Shown piece by piece: positions 12,887 through 24,989 of a stretch of 64,000 bases of DNA. Made by a program: the position numbers and the translations under genes. The notes under the pieces were generated by a model. It was given only the letters and a program-made list of their open reading frames with translations. It was not told the origin of the DNA and ran no database searches. The DNA comes from Alloascoidea hylecoeti (Eukaryota). The stretch's first letter is position 1; every line of letters begins with the position of its first letter. The DNA is taken from the NCBI GenBank assembly GCA_001600815.1, contig BCKZ01000014.1, forward strand, positions 434,001-498,000, given 5' to 3'.

Positions 12887-13468
12887 CCTTTTGGGTTCCA
12901 AGTTCTTTCTTAACAATATCAAATTCACCAGATAAACAATTCAAAAGGAATTGTCCCTCAAAATAAGTATCCATTCTCTTGCCTGAAGTGTCAACCAAAA
13001 TTTATTCATACTTGGTAAGAAATTGGGCCACGGTTGGATCAGTCCCATCAAATTTCAATTCAGTTAAATCTGTCACTGGAATTAACTTTATAACAGCCGA
13101 TTTAAGCCTGTTAAAGCTGTAGTAAGCTCCTTTCTTGGTGTCAACATACACCTTCAAATCATTCGAGATGGATCCCAGAATTAACTTCATAACTTCGTCG
13201 TGATCACAAGCATCTTCATGATTCATTGGGACTTCATACAACTCCCTATTTATTCCCGTCTAAGAACCGAGTTAATCCCATTCGACGGACCACGCCAGTG
13301 AATCCAAAATCCCAAGGCCTGAAAGAGTCTCTTTCCAAAGTAAGCTTGGAGATTCCACGAAGTTGTGAAGAAGCCGACGCCATAATCGACTTTTTCTTCT
13401 CTCAACTTCACGAGCTGACTCATAGTCTCAGCTAATTGTTTAATGTAATCTTCTAAGTTGGAATTCAT
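12887..13468 (-). pseudogene. Frameshifted copia gag
   Basis: MNSNLEDYIKQ.. / ISKLTLERDSFRPWDFGFTGVVRRMGLTRFLDG / VMKLILGSISNDLKVYVDTKKGAYYSFNRLK follow the copia gag N-terminal and UBN2-type pattern. Confidence 0.72.
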
Positions 13469-13543
13469 TGTGTAAATAGAATAATCTTTTGTTTTAGGTT
13501 TGTTTTAGGTGATTAATATATTCTCAGTTATTATAAGTAAGAT
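13455..13543 (-). repeat. Right arm of ~89 bp inverted repeat
   Basis: Pairs with 12798-12886; contains the gag ATG at 13468. Confidence 0.9.
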
Positions 13544-14117
13544 TTATACATCTACTACAATCGATTAATCCAGATCAAAATGGCCTGTTAATAATGAATA
13601 AGTGTACTCATATATTAACTATAGTTGTTCTATTTATTTTTGTTAAATTGTACAAATGTTTCCGATAGTTAAGTTTGATGACATATATTCTGTAGAACTG
13701 TGAGAATCAGTACCAAATAGAACAAAAATGAAAAATGATAGGAAAGGCTGGAATTCGGATTATGAGAATGATATTTCCACCGAAGAAGTTTCATACTAGT
13801 TTGAACGATAGAGATCAAAGAAGAACACGATACCCGCAAACTTTCAATTTATAATCCATTACCAAATATCATTGAAGAATCTGAATGTAATACATAATCA
13901 TTAAATAAACCTGATATCATCAGATCATCCGATTACACCGATGATGCTCAAAACATGAGTCCGAACCAAGAAATGATACCTTTAGAAGAATATTCTAAGT
14001 TTAATGTTACATTTTCTACCCCACTTTAAGATGAAATTGTTACAATCCCCGAAGAATAAATAAATACCGAAACTTATCTAGTCATACAAATATCACATTT
14101 GAAGAAAAGTAGGGTGA

Positions 14118-14235
14118 TATTTCCATAATCCTTCCTTTCCTTTATCATACACTATTATAGTATACTTCTATTATTTATAATAGTGAATTCTAGTCAAACT
14201 CTTCCCGCATATTTACAGACTCTTCTTTGACTACA
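14118..14235. repeat. Dispersed repeat (probable LTR fragment); inverted copy at 36852-36964
   Basis: tatttccataatccttcctttc...tatttataa..tgaattcta..ttcccgcatat aligns with the reverse complement of 36852-36964. Confidence 0.75.
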
Positions 14236-14399
14236 TTACTCGAAGCCTCACCTTTGATTTCATTTATCTATTCTCCGATTCCAGTCAATTATCTCCAATA
14301 TTCTAAACCTTTAACAGGAAAACTGCGCATATATATGTATGTTCATAATTAACACCATTCGTATAGTGAATACATGAGATAGTATACCACTGTAATATT

Positions 14400-15470
14400 A
14401 CTTCAATTTCATGATCAAATGGAAACTATCGCGGTTCATGTAAATCCGTTTATCTTTGAAAAGCTTTTACTCTCTAATAGTAAACTTCGCTTCTCTCATT
14501 CATATTGCTATTGATAACGATTAAAATGATAAGAACGTTAACAATTCTTGATTGTAATTTCAACGATTATTACATATGTGACAGTGCCATAAACTTCTCT
14601 AAAACTAGTGGTCATGGGGAAGTAGTAGAGGCAATATAAATTGATACTTTGTAAAAAAAAGGTTCGCATGGGTATTTCTCTCACTACTATCATCCTTTTA
14701 TTTCAAATCAATTTCCAATAAAATCTAAGTTTTAGCCACCTGAGAACGATCCAAAATGTTGTTGTCGCTTAAGATTATAAAATTAGTCCAAACACAAATA
14801 AACCTTTCTTTTAGTAAATAATTGCACAAAATATATATCAATCGCTATGATGTAGATAATTTAAACTCCAAGAACTCCTATACAATAGAGAAACTATTTT
14901 ATTGGCCTTTAAAACCCAACTCTCTCATCCTCTGTGAGCGGTTAATTAAGGTGGTCTGGTCTATGTTTATCAGAAAAAATCAATTTTGTAGTATAACTAG
15001 CTAAACTTCATGATCGGTTCAAGACTTATGTTAAATCAAATATAACTCGATGTTTTATAAAAATTATTTACTTTTTTACTTCTGAAACTTTTCCATCTAA
15101 TTCATCATAGAGTAAGTATATGTGCTAGTATAGCTATAAGATATGAAGAGCATTAATCATCAGATAACGTTTAGAGGTAATTATTCTACATCCTTTTTCA
15201 CATGAACAAACTTGAGAAAGTAACGGGCCAAGAATAAATTTTCTTATGCTTGCGACCCAAATTCTTATATATCTGGTCACAGGTCAAATCATTATTATAG
15301 GTAGCAAATGATATATGCAGATTCATTCTTTTAATGTACATCTTGTGCCATTTTACAACTTGATTGTTCACACTTGTTTTGTCACACATATAATACTTCT
15401 TGAGTGAGATATCGATATTAGCTTTGAGAGTCCATATAATCGGCCTACGGTAGTAATTTCATAATAAATA
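14400..15470 (-). mobile_element. Possible Mutator (MULE) transposase relic
   Basis: Minus-strand LCNYLLKERFICVWTN (about 14782-14829) then ATTT, compare KEKFVxAWT..GNTTTSRVE. Heavily degraded. Confidence 0.35.
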
Positions 15471-15989
15471 TGGATGATGATTACGACAACTAATCCTCAT
15501 AGTCCTCGTCTCGTAACCTTGATCTTAGACATTACCATATTAGTAAACTTAAGCTTACCTATACCTCGTACATTGCGTCGTTGTATAGTCTAGATAGTAG
15601 ATATATAGGACTGTTGTAATAGCCCTTTATAATAGATACTATAAACACAAAATAATCACTTTCAAATTTCTAAAATATCTTTTGACACCAAATCTGTAGT
15701 TGACCAGCTGTTAGTCGATAGCCGATATGTACTAATTTTATTAAAAGGGAATATCTTTTCTTTATACAATCTGCTATTCTATAGCAACCTCCTATATGCA
15801 TAGCAATTTTAGTATAGCAACTCTAATGTACTATGCATAATCCAACAAGTACACATATCTCTTAAAATATTTTAAGTATTTACACATAACTTCGAATAAG
15901 AGTATGTATTAGAGCGTTTAATATACACAAAGGAAACCAAATAGTAATGTTATAAACTAGTACTACACATCGATCAGCTATATAAGAAC

Positions 15990-17033
15990 ATGCTTGAAGG
16001 AGAAACCTCAGAACCCCGTGAAGCTTCAAAAGAAATCAATGACCTGCTAGAAGAGATTCAATCAATTGATGAAAGTTTCAATTTTCATCTAAAAGAAATA
16101 CATATCATTAAAGATAAATTTAGCAGAAATCAGGCCAAGTTATTACGTTTGTTAAATGATAGGTCTCCAATAAATAGTGAAAATAGAACTCAAGAGCAAG
16201 AAAGCGCTCCATCCGACATTAAGATAGAAAGTAGTAAATTCTTTGAAATAATACAAGCGGGTATTCATCCGCAAGAATTGTCTAAAAAAAACCATAAACG
16301 ATTCTTACGGAACCTAGAGCTGGCGTTTTTACACGCAAGGCTGGACGAGAAATCGATCACAAGTCCAATATCAAATATATCTGATTTCACTCTTCGAACC
16401 AATGCAATAACTATCAAACACATAATAATGCAAAATATTTCAGAAGACCTTGTTAACGTTTTATTATCTACGGAATCTCTAGCAGACATCGTTAAAGAAA
16501 TTAACGACAGGTATGGCTTCAGCCCTTCTGATGAATCACGGTTATTACGAAAATTGTATAAAATGAGATTAAACACTTCCATGAATGATGAAGGTCTCAT
16601 AAATTTTTTTAACAAAGCTGATGGTAATTTCGAAATACTGGAACAGGTCTCACATATTTCAGAATCAGAAAAATTAAGATGGCTAACCTTATGGGTTGAT
16701 GATAGCCCAGAACTATCAAACCAGTGCACATCATATATCTCAGAATGTCGCCGTGTCAAGGGACATGAATCCTATGGTAGATTAAAAGAGATTCTAGCCA
16801 CATATATTGCTCAGTATCGTATGGAAATTCCAATGGTTCACAGACTTAATTCACAGAAGAATAAAGAATGGAAGGAAGACAGAAATGTTAAATGGGCAAA
16901 AGACATAAATGAGGGCGATATTAGTGTTGTTTCATCCGCCGGATGCAGTGATATCCTTAGGTTAGATTATATATCAAAACATATGATATACTCAAAGAGA
17001 AAAACAATAACTAATCTACATCTTATTAACTAG
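15990..17033 (+). mobile_element. Copia-type Gag ORF, 347 aa, without intact pol
   Basis: UBN2-like KHIIMQNISEDLVNVL..SLADIVKEINDRYG..LLRKLYKMRL..ISESEKLRWL; possible decayed protease motif VVSSAGCS. Confidence 0.7.
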
Positions 17034-17679
17034 CGTGCTTAATTCAGAGAAAATGCAAGAGAAAATAAAAGAAAAAATGACTTCAATTGCAACAGTTGAA
17101 ATGAAGAATATTAATTACACCATGAATTCATTAATACAAGAGATGAAATTGTCGAGAACTAAGTACGAACAACACCAGGAAAAGATTTGGTATCAACTGC
17201 GCATGTTGAACGAATATTATCCTCTAAAAACTTGATATTAATTGAAATAAGTATAAGTCTTATATCTTGATAAATACATCAGATCTATTTAATATAGAAA
17301 AATGTTATTCTGAAATAATGTATAACTTATATACATAAAAAGGCCTGTTTGTGGTATATTAAATGTTTAAAAGAATCCGTTCATTTCTTAATTATGATAT
17401 AGAGTTTATCTATCTGTCTGCGATTCCTCTAGTTATGTGTTAAAAAAATGATAAAAAATAGAGTACTTGTTTCAAGAGCCGTTTTTAGGTACATTATTCA
17501 CCAGTAAGACAGGTTTTTTCGTACTTATAACTTGTTCTTTCAGAATACATGATTGATGTTTAAAATTTGTATGACTCTTCTAAACCCCCATGCACACTAA
17601 AGCACTGCATTTATGCCTTATAAAAGAATATAACGAGAAAAAAAAAACATATAAAAACAAATCTGAAGATTGATAATTT

Positions 17680-19680
17680 ATGAAAATCTTTCACCGATTA
17701 TTGAAATCCAATTCATATAAATCAATTGGGCTTTTCACACGACGAAGGATTTTAAATAATCATCTTTCTACTTATAATTACCCAAAAACTTTTTTTTCAA
17801 CTTATACTATAGTTAATACTCAAATGACTGTTTTATCAGAACTTTTGTCTAAACTCGAAATTAAGGACTATGAACCTTTCCCAGGTACTGACCCTATCAG
17901 AAACCCTTCTGATTTTTTCCGTTCAAAAATTTCCAAGAAATTATCAGAAATTTCAGGTATTGATCAAAAGTTGATCGTTCCAGCTCTGGAACGAGTTGCA
18001 ACAACAGATAGAGGTGATTTCGTCCTTCCTATTCCTAGAATTTTACGAGGAAAAGGAATAAATCATGCCCAGGTAGCTGAAGAATGGGCCTCTAAATTTC
18101 CAACAGAGGGGTATCTTGAAAAGGTTACTGCTAAAGGATCTTTTATTCAATTCTTTTTCTCACCATCTGCTCTATTTGACCTTGTCCTTAAAGATATTTT
18201 AGTCAGAAAAGAAGACTATGGTAAATCTGAAATCGGTAAGGGCAAAAAAGTCATAGTTGAGTTCAGTTCTCCAAATATTGCTAAACCATTCCATGCTGGT
18301 CATCTCAGAAGTACTATTATTGGTGGTTTCTTGGCAAATCTTTATGAAGTTGTTGGTTGGGATGTTAAGAGAATTAATTATCTAGGTGATTGGGGGAAAC
18401 AATTTGGTATTCTCGCCGTTGGATTCGATAAATATGGAAGTGAAGAAAAATTAAAAGCAGATCCAATTAACCACCTGTTTGAAGTTTATGTTAAGATCAA
18501 TAAAGATATCGAAGCTGAAAATGAACAATTGAAAATTGAATTAGCAGGTGATGTCAAAGAAGCTGGGGATCTTTCCGTATTAGGTAAAACTAATGAAGCA
18601 GCCAAAGAGTTTTTCAAAGAGATGGAAGATGGTGATGAGAAATCACTTAGTGTATGGAAGAGATTTAGAGAGTTATCTATTGGTAAATATGTGAAAACAT
18701 ATGGTAGATTAAATATTACATATGATGTATACTCTGGTGAATCTCAGGTTTCAAAAGAAAGAATGCTAAAAGCCCTGAAAGATTTAGATGAAAAGGGTCT
18801 CATCCAGGAAGATAAAGGTGCTAAAATAGTCGATCTTAAACCATTTAACAAGAAATTGAACAAGGTAATTATTCAAAAATCTGATGGTACTACTCTATAC
18901 ATAACTAGAGATATCGGAGAGGCAGTTCAAAGATATGAAAAATATAAATTCGACAAAATGATCTATGTCGTTGCTGCTCAACAAGACCTACATTTTGGTC
19001 AATTCTTTAAAATTTTGGAACTTTTGGGTTACGAATGGGCCAAAAACTTACAACATGTTAACTTTGGTATGGTTCAGGGTATGTCTACACGAAAAGGTAC
19101 CGTTGTTTTCTTAGACAATATTCTGGAGGAAACAAAGGAGGCCATGCATGATGTTATGAAGAAAAATGAAGGTAAATATGCACAAATTGAAAATCCAGAT
19201 GAAGTAGCCGATTTAGTTGGTATTTCTGCTGTTATGATTCAAGACATGCAAGCTAAGAGAATAAACAATTACTCATTCAACTGGTCAAGAATGCTTTCTT
19301 TTGAAGGTGACACTGGTCCATATCTTCAATACGCTCATTCTCGTCTTCGGTCAGTCGAAAGAAACGCTGGATTTGAATATGACAGTCTTCTCAATGCCGA
19401 CTTCTCCTTGTTGAAAGAACCTGTTGCAGAATCTCTTATTAGAATTTTATCTCAGTATCCTGACGTTATCCTCACTGCTCTTAAGACAAATGAGCCAGCC
19501 ACAATAGTGACGTATCTGTTTAAACTAGCACACACAGTTTCTTCTTGTTACGATATCTTATGGGTTTCAGGACAACCCAAGGAACTTGCTACTGCTCGTT
19601 TAGCTTTATATAGTGCTTCCAGACAAGTTCTTTTCAATGGTATGACTTTATTAAACTTGACACCAGTCGAAAGAATGTGA
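17680..19680 (+). CDS. Arginyl-tRNA synthetase
   Basis: VEFSSPNIAKPFHAGHLRSTIIG, NYLGDWGKQFG, GMSTRKG, GDTGPYLQYAHSR, C-terminal PVERM. Confidence 0.97.
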   Translation: MKIFHRLLKSNSYKSIGLFTRRRILNNHLSTYNYPKTFFSTYTIVNTQMTVLSELLSKLEIKDYEPFPGTDPIRNPSDFFRSKISKKLSEISGIDQKLIVPALERVATTDRGDFVLPIPRILRGKGINHAQVAEEWASKFPTEGYLEKVTAKGSFIQFFFSPSALFDLVLKDILVRKEDYGKSEIGKGKKVIVEFSSPNIAKPFHAGHLRSTIIGGFLANLYEVVGWDVKRINYLGDWGKQFGILAVGFDKYGSEEKLKADPINHLFEVYVKINKDIEAENEQLKIELAGDVKEAGDLSVLGKTNEAAKEFFKEMEDGDEKSLSVWKRFRELSIGKYVKTYGRLNITYDVYSGESQVSKERMLKALKDLDEKGLIQEDKGAKIVDLKPFNKKLNKVIIQKSDGTTLYITRDIGEAVQRYEKYKFDKMIYVVAAQQDLHFGQFFKILELLGYEWAKNLQHVNFGMVQGMSTRKGTVVFLDNILEETKEAMHDVMKKNEGKYAQIENPDEVADLVGISAVMIQDMQAKRINNYSFNWSRMLSFEGDTGPYLQYAHSRLRSVERNAGFEYDSLLNADFSLLKEPVAESLIRILSQYPDVILTALKTNEPATIVTYLFKLAHTVSSCYDILWVSGQPKELATARLALYSASRQVLFNGMTLLNLTPVERM

Positions 19681-20061
19681 ACGGATATAGAAAAATATAT
19701 ATTTCTAGTCAATTGTTATAATTCACCATTCATAACCTATGTACAGATGTAGCGTAGATTTTATTTATCAACTTCATTGAGATTGAATAATTTAAAACAT
19801 TCATCGTTGTTAAATTAAAATGAACTTTCCTTTAAATGATTGTCCTTACACAATTATAGAACCGAGTTTTCCTTTAGATGAGCTGGATGGTGCCCGTAAA
19901 GTCATTTAAAGAAGTTCATGACAAGATATCAAAAAAGATAATCATTACACATCGTAATAGTCTCTTCTGTTGTATGGATGTTTCAAGTTAAATACTGTAA
20001 AAAAAATTTGTAACCTGAAAAATATCTTCAAATTTATAATTATTAAATATTATCATAAAAA

Positions 20062-20855
20062 ATGGGTAAAGCTCGAAAAACACGGAAGTTTGCAAAAGTT
20101 AAACGAATCATTAGTAAAAAGGATCCAAGAATGTAAGATTCTAAAGATTTTCTCTATGAGTGAAAAATTATATTCCTAAATCATCATCATCATCATCATC
20201 ATTCTAACAATTATTAACATGCATAGTCAAAAAAATTTAGCAGAGGATGAAAAGAAAAAGAAGGATCCAGAATTAACAAGAGAAGTGTAAAGAGAAATAA
20301 TTGCATTTTAAATAATGATTTTAATGAATTCTAACATTATTTGAATAGTCCCCAAGTTTCATCAGCCCTGTTTTTCCAATTTAATGAAGCCATTAGACCA
20401 CCTTATCAAGTTCTAGTTGATACAAATTTCATAAATTTCAGTATTCAAAAGAAGATCAACTTGGTGGAAGGAATGTTAACATGTTTATCAGCTAAATGTA
20501 AGTATTGTTTACGGACATGATTCATCAATTCTAAATATGTATTAATCATAAATTGAATTTTATAGGTATTCCATTAATCACAGACTGTGTGATGGCTGAA
20601 TTAGAGAAATTAGGACCAAAATTCAGAGTTGCTTTAAGTTTAGCAAGAGACCCTCGAATACAAAGATTAACATGTACACATAAGGGAACATATGCTGATG
20701 ATTGTTTAGTTCACAGAGTAATGCAACACAAATGTTATATAGTAGCTACTAATGATGCTGATTTAAAGCGAAGGATAAGAAAAATTCCTGGTATTCCTCT
20801 ATTGAGTGTTGGAGGTCATTCATATGTTATAGAAAGGTTGCCAAATGTTTTCTGA
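20062..20855 (+). CDS. FCF1: rRNA-processing PIN protein Fcf1/Utp24; exons 20062-20132, 20227-20286, 20349-20497, 20566-20855
   Basis: [57 protein letters not shown]; three GT-AG introns keep frame. Confidence 0.95.
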
Positions 20856-21398
20856 ATTTGTTATTTTTATTTTGAACTATCATGTTTTCGTTACTTGCAT
20901 TTAAATTTTATACATAATATGGTATACTTAAATCTAAAATACTGTTTTTACAAACCAATATCAACCTGGCATGGGTAAATATTAAATAGATATAATAAAC
21001 AGTTATTAATTACACATCTTAAGTGTAAGTAAATTAGAAAGAATCCATATATTTAAATTGTTATTCCATGGCCATGTTAACCATAGTATTTTGTCTTTCA
21101 TGAATAGAATACACATTTATCATTGTTAGTTTGATACCTTATTACTTCATCTACAATTACTAAAAATTGGTACAATTTCGCACAGGATAGATTCTGAGTT
21201 GGGTTTTAATTGAACATACTCTGTAGCTATAGTGCAATATTTAAAATTATGAAATACTATATATTACAAGATACATTCAAATCAAATCAGATGAATAAAC
21301 AGATGAATTGGAGTTATTCAACAATGAAAAGAATTGTCATTAAACATTTTTGGTTTATTGCACAATTTATTGTCAAATTATATAAATTATAAATTTGA

Positions 21399-22152
21399 TT
21401 ATTTCTTTTTGGTAACACCAACAATTTTACCTCTTCTTCCGGTAGTTTTGGTGTGTTGACCTCTAACCTTAAGACCCCAGTGATGTCTTAAACCTCTGTG
21501 AGCTCTCATTTTCTTAAGACGTTCCAAATCATCACGTAATTTAGATTCCAATTGATTGGCCAAAATGTGGGAGTCCTTACCATCAACAATATCTCTTTGA
21601 CGATTCAAGAACCATGCTGGGATTTTGTATTGGGTTGGGTTTTGCATGATGGTGACAATTCTTTCTAATTCTTCTTGAGTTAATTCACCAGCTCTTTTAT
21701 TGAGATCAACATCGGCCTTCTTGCAAACCAAATTGGAGTAACGACGACCAACACCACGGATGGTGGTTAAGGCGTACATAATTTTGATTCTACCGTCAAC
21801 ATTGGTGTTGAGAAGACTAAATACAAAAATGTTAAAATCATGTCTCAATAAATTTAATGATTTCGGATTTGGGATTGAATCTTGAGGTACCATTTGTTGC
21901 ATAATGTTAAATAGTATTGTAGTAGCAAATTATCATCATAAACCGACAGTCGTGTTTTCTTTTATCGTACAATTGGTTTGTGTGTTATTCGTATACTAAA
22001 CCTTTCAATCTTTCCAACTCTGCAATGTTTCCAATTTTGCAATAATCCATCATCCCCAATCCCAAAGCCTCATCAAAAGAAATAGTTGCTGAAATGAATA
22101 CATACCGAAGAATGTGCTGGAAATTACCTTGTTCTTGAACAACAAAAGACAT
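21399..22152 (-). CDS. RPS18: 40S ribosomal protein S18 (uS13); exons 22152-22106 and 21816-21399
   Basis: [24 protein letters not shown]...[24 protein letters not shown]; 289 nt intron. Confidence 0.97.
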
Positions 22153-22374
22153 ATTGGTCGTGATTATGTATCTTGGTGGTTACTGTTCAGGAAAATTAAG
22201 TATTCATTTTCAATTTGCAGTTTTGTGACTGCTTTTCTAGATTTCTTCCAGATCCGGTAATAACGTATCAACATCCGTACATCCTCACGTGCTGGAAATG
22301 GTGTGATATTATTTACTCATGTGACTATATATACACTAGTATTTGATATTTCATTAAACTATGATATTTAATAT

Positions 22375-23406
22375 TTACAATTTACTCAAATAGCGATTAG
22401 ACAAATACTTGAGAGCTGGCAACTCAATTATGAGACGATTAGCTTTTAACAGATCTCGTACTTGGATCCCCTCTTTCTGAATAATATCAATTCTTTTTGA
22501 AATGTTTTCCCCAGATGTAGCTTCCATTAAATTCTCTCGAGGTTCATCTACAACAAACACTATTCTCTTGCGATTAAAGTCGTGTGCATCTAAGAACTTT
22601 TTACCAGCTTGGGGAGACTTTGTGACGAAATCGCATATAGCACCATCTTTAAGTTTTTTATCCCCCACAATAATGAGATTACCAGATCGATATAGATGAC
22701 TTAATGCGATTTTAAATGCTTGACAATACACTTTGAATGGCAATTCTGTAGAAAAGTCGTTTGGAGCTGTTCTTGCTAAAGCCACACCACCACCAACTAA
22801 CATTGGAGAATTGGCATCACCAAGACGAGCTTTACCGGTACCTTTTTGTGGTCTTAATTTATGTCGACTGTATCCTTTATCTGATCTGCCAGGTGGATTA
22901 CTGGAACCAACACGTGCACAATCTGCTTCATATACTGATGCTTTCCATAATAAATCTCGTCGTAGAGGAACATCTAATATTTCGGTGGGAAGTGCAACAA
23001 ATTTGATAGGTTCTAAGCTAGGAAAGCTTCTAAGAGATGCTAACACAAATTTTGGTGGGGCTAATATTTATAAATAGTTAATAATTGGTTGATTCATCAA
23101 TTGCAAGATCTAAGTAAATACTTACAAGCTGCTCCTGGTAATATGTCTGTTTTTGCTGTGGCAGCTGCCGTAGCCAATCTGGCATTTTGAACAACTGACT
23201 ATTTTTCAGATAAATAGTAGTTAGTATTATTATTCAAAAATCATTGGGAAAAGTTTTGGTTGGTTGTTGAATATGTTGAAATTTCTTTTTGTGGGTAATA
23301 TTATCAAATAACTTTTTCAAGCGGCTTAAGCTTAAACAAATGAAGTACTTACTCTCACACCATTCGCAAATAAAGAATTACTTGCAAATTTAGTAGTAGA
23401 AAACAT
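22375..23406 (-). CDS. YML6: Mitochondrial ribosomal protein uL4m; exons 23406-23353, 23198-23126, 23060-22375
   Basis: PLRRDLLW, KLRPQKGTGKARLGDANSPMLVGGG; presequence-like MFSTTKFASNSLFANGVR; two GTAAGT introns. Confidence 0.9.
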
Positions 23407-23583
23407 TGCACTTATAAAATTCACTTGTGAATCTCATTTTCAGAGAGTAGAGTTTTTCGATCAAAGCCGGGTAAACTGTTTTATAATTATCTTCTGTGAT
23501 AGGATGCCTCCAAACCGATGGACTTTGTGTGGAGCCAAATATCAACTTAGAAGCATATTTTGTTGAAATTGACTATATCACAA

Positions 23584-24741
23584 ATGGTTGCTGCAAGAGC
23601 AGTTGGTACGTTAACTTCTGAAACGTCGAAATTGGAACTAAAAAAAGAGTTAAAAGAAAAGTTATCACAGTTCTCATATAATGATCATAATTTGAGATCT
23701 AAACGGTCATCTACCTACAAAGAAGTAAAGATTGAAAATGGAGATGAAACCGGTGATAGTGACAGTAATAATGTTAGAAGGGTAAAACTTGAAGCTGATT
23801 CAGGAGAAACTTCAAGATTTTTCAAAAGAGAAAGATCAATATCTCCTCATCCACAATTAGACAATAACACAAAAACTCTAAATAAAAAGAAACCCCGTAC
23901 GCGTGTCACCACCAAAAAATCAAAGAAGTCAAATTCAATAATAACTACGAATACTGCAAAGGAACCTAATAATTGGAGGAAAATATATGACATGGTTTCT
24001 GTAATGAGGTCTAAAGCTCCAGCAGCTGTAGATCATATGGGTTGTCAAAAACTTCCTGAATTTATATCAGGTCCTGATATACTTCTCCCTGAAAATGCCC
24101 CCCATCTTCGCTTTCAAGCTTTGATTTCATTAATGCTTTCAGCACAAACTAAAGATGAAGTTAATGCAAAAGCAATGACAAATTTACACGATTGTGCAGT
24201 TGAAAGGGGATATAAATTTTTAACTATTGATTTCATTAGAGAAATTGAAGTCGGTGAGTTAAATGAATTAATTTATCAAGTAGGATTTCATAATCGAAAA
24301 GCTGTTTTTATAAAGAAAACAGCAGATATTTTAGAAAGTACATACAACAGTGACATTCCAGATACCATTGAGGAGCTTATTGCATTACCAGGAGTGGGAC
24401 CAAAAATGGGTTACCTACTATTGCAAATAGCATGGGGAAAAGTTGAAGGTGTTGGCGTGGATGTCCATGTCCATAGGTTAACTAATTTATGGGGATGGGT
24501 TAATACGAAAACTCCTGAACAAACACGCGCAGCGCTAGAATCATGGCTTCCCAAAGAACTCTGGGCCGATATAAATCCACTACTTGTTGGGTTTGGTCAA
24601 TCTATTTGTCTTCCAAGAGGAAGCAAATGTAATCTTTGTACTTTATCAGTTAGTGGCTTGTGTGGAGGAGTAAACAGAAAATTAATAAACAAAACTAAAA
24701 CTGAAAGTGATGTCTTGAAAGACATCGATAATTATTTTTAA
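23584..24741 (+). CDS. Endonuclease III-like DNA glycosylase/AP lyase (Ntg/Nth1)
   Basis: LMLSAQTKDEV, HhH LPGVGPKMG, GVDVHVHR, Fe-S motif CLPRGSKCNLC..LC. Confidence 0.94.
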   Translation: MVAARAVGTLTSETSKLELKKELKEKLSQFSYNDHNLRSKRSSTYKEVKIENGDETGDSDSNNVRRVKLEADSGETSRFFKRERSISPHPQLDNNTKTLNKKKPRTRVTTKKSKKSNSIITTNTAKEPNNWRKIYDMVSVMRSKAPAAVDHMGCQKLPEFISGPDILLPENAPHLRFQALISLMLSAQTKDEVNAKAMTNLHDCAVERGYKFLTIDFIREIEVGELNELIYQVGFHNRKAVFIKKTADILESTYNSDIPDTIEELIALPGVGPKMGYLLLQIAWGKVEGVGVDVHVHRLTNLWGWVNTKTPEQTRAALESWLPKELWADINPLLVGFGQSICLPRGSKCNLCTLSVSGLCGGVNRKLINKTKTESDVLKDIDNYF

Positions 24742-24989
24742 TGAAAAGAAAAGGTGATCATAATATAAGTGCATATTTAGAATATTTTCAATAAACCTGT
24801 ACATATCATTCTTATCGTCAATAATAAAACAAACTTAAACAAATCTCATAAATCCGTTTTGAAATCAGATCTTTCTTCTATATATAATTCATCAGTATCA
24901 TTGCAATTGAATATATAATCAATTTCAGCATCTCAAAAAATTTAAATTCAAACATAAGGTGCCAGCGTCAGATTTGGTTCAAAATTTAG

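Noticed and set aside
15380..15687. TGTCA...TGACA segment as a solo LTR
   Set aside because: No TSD, no second copy in the window, and it overlaps the putative MULE relic.
21817..22105. Box C/D snoRNA in the RPS18 intron
   Set aside because: TGATGA is present but I found no downstream CTGA D box.
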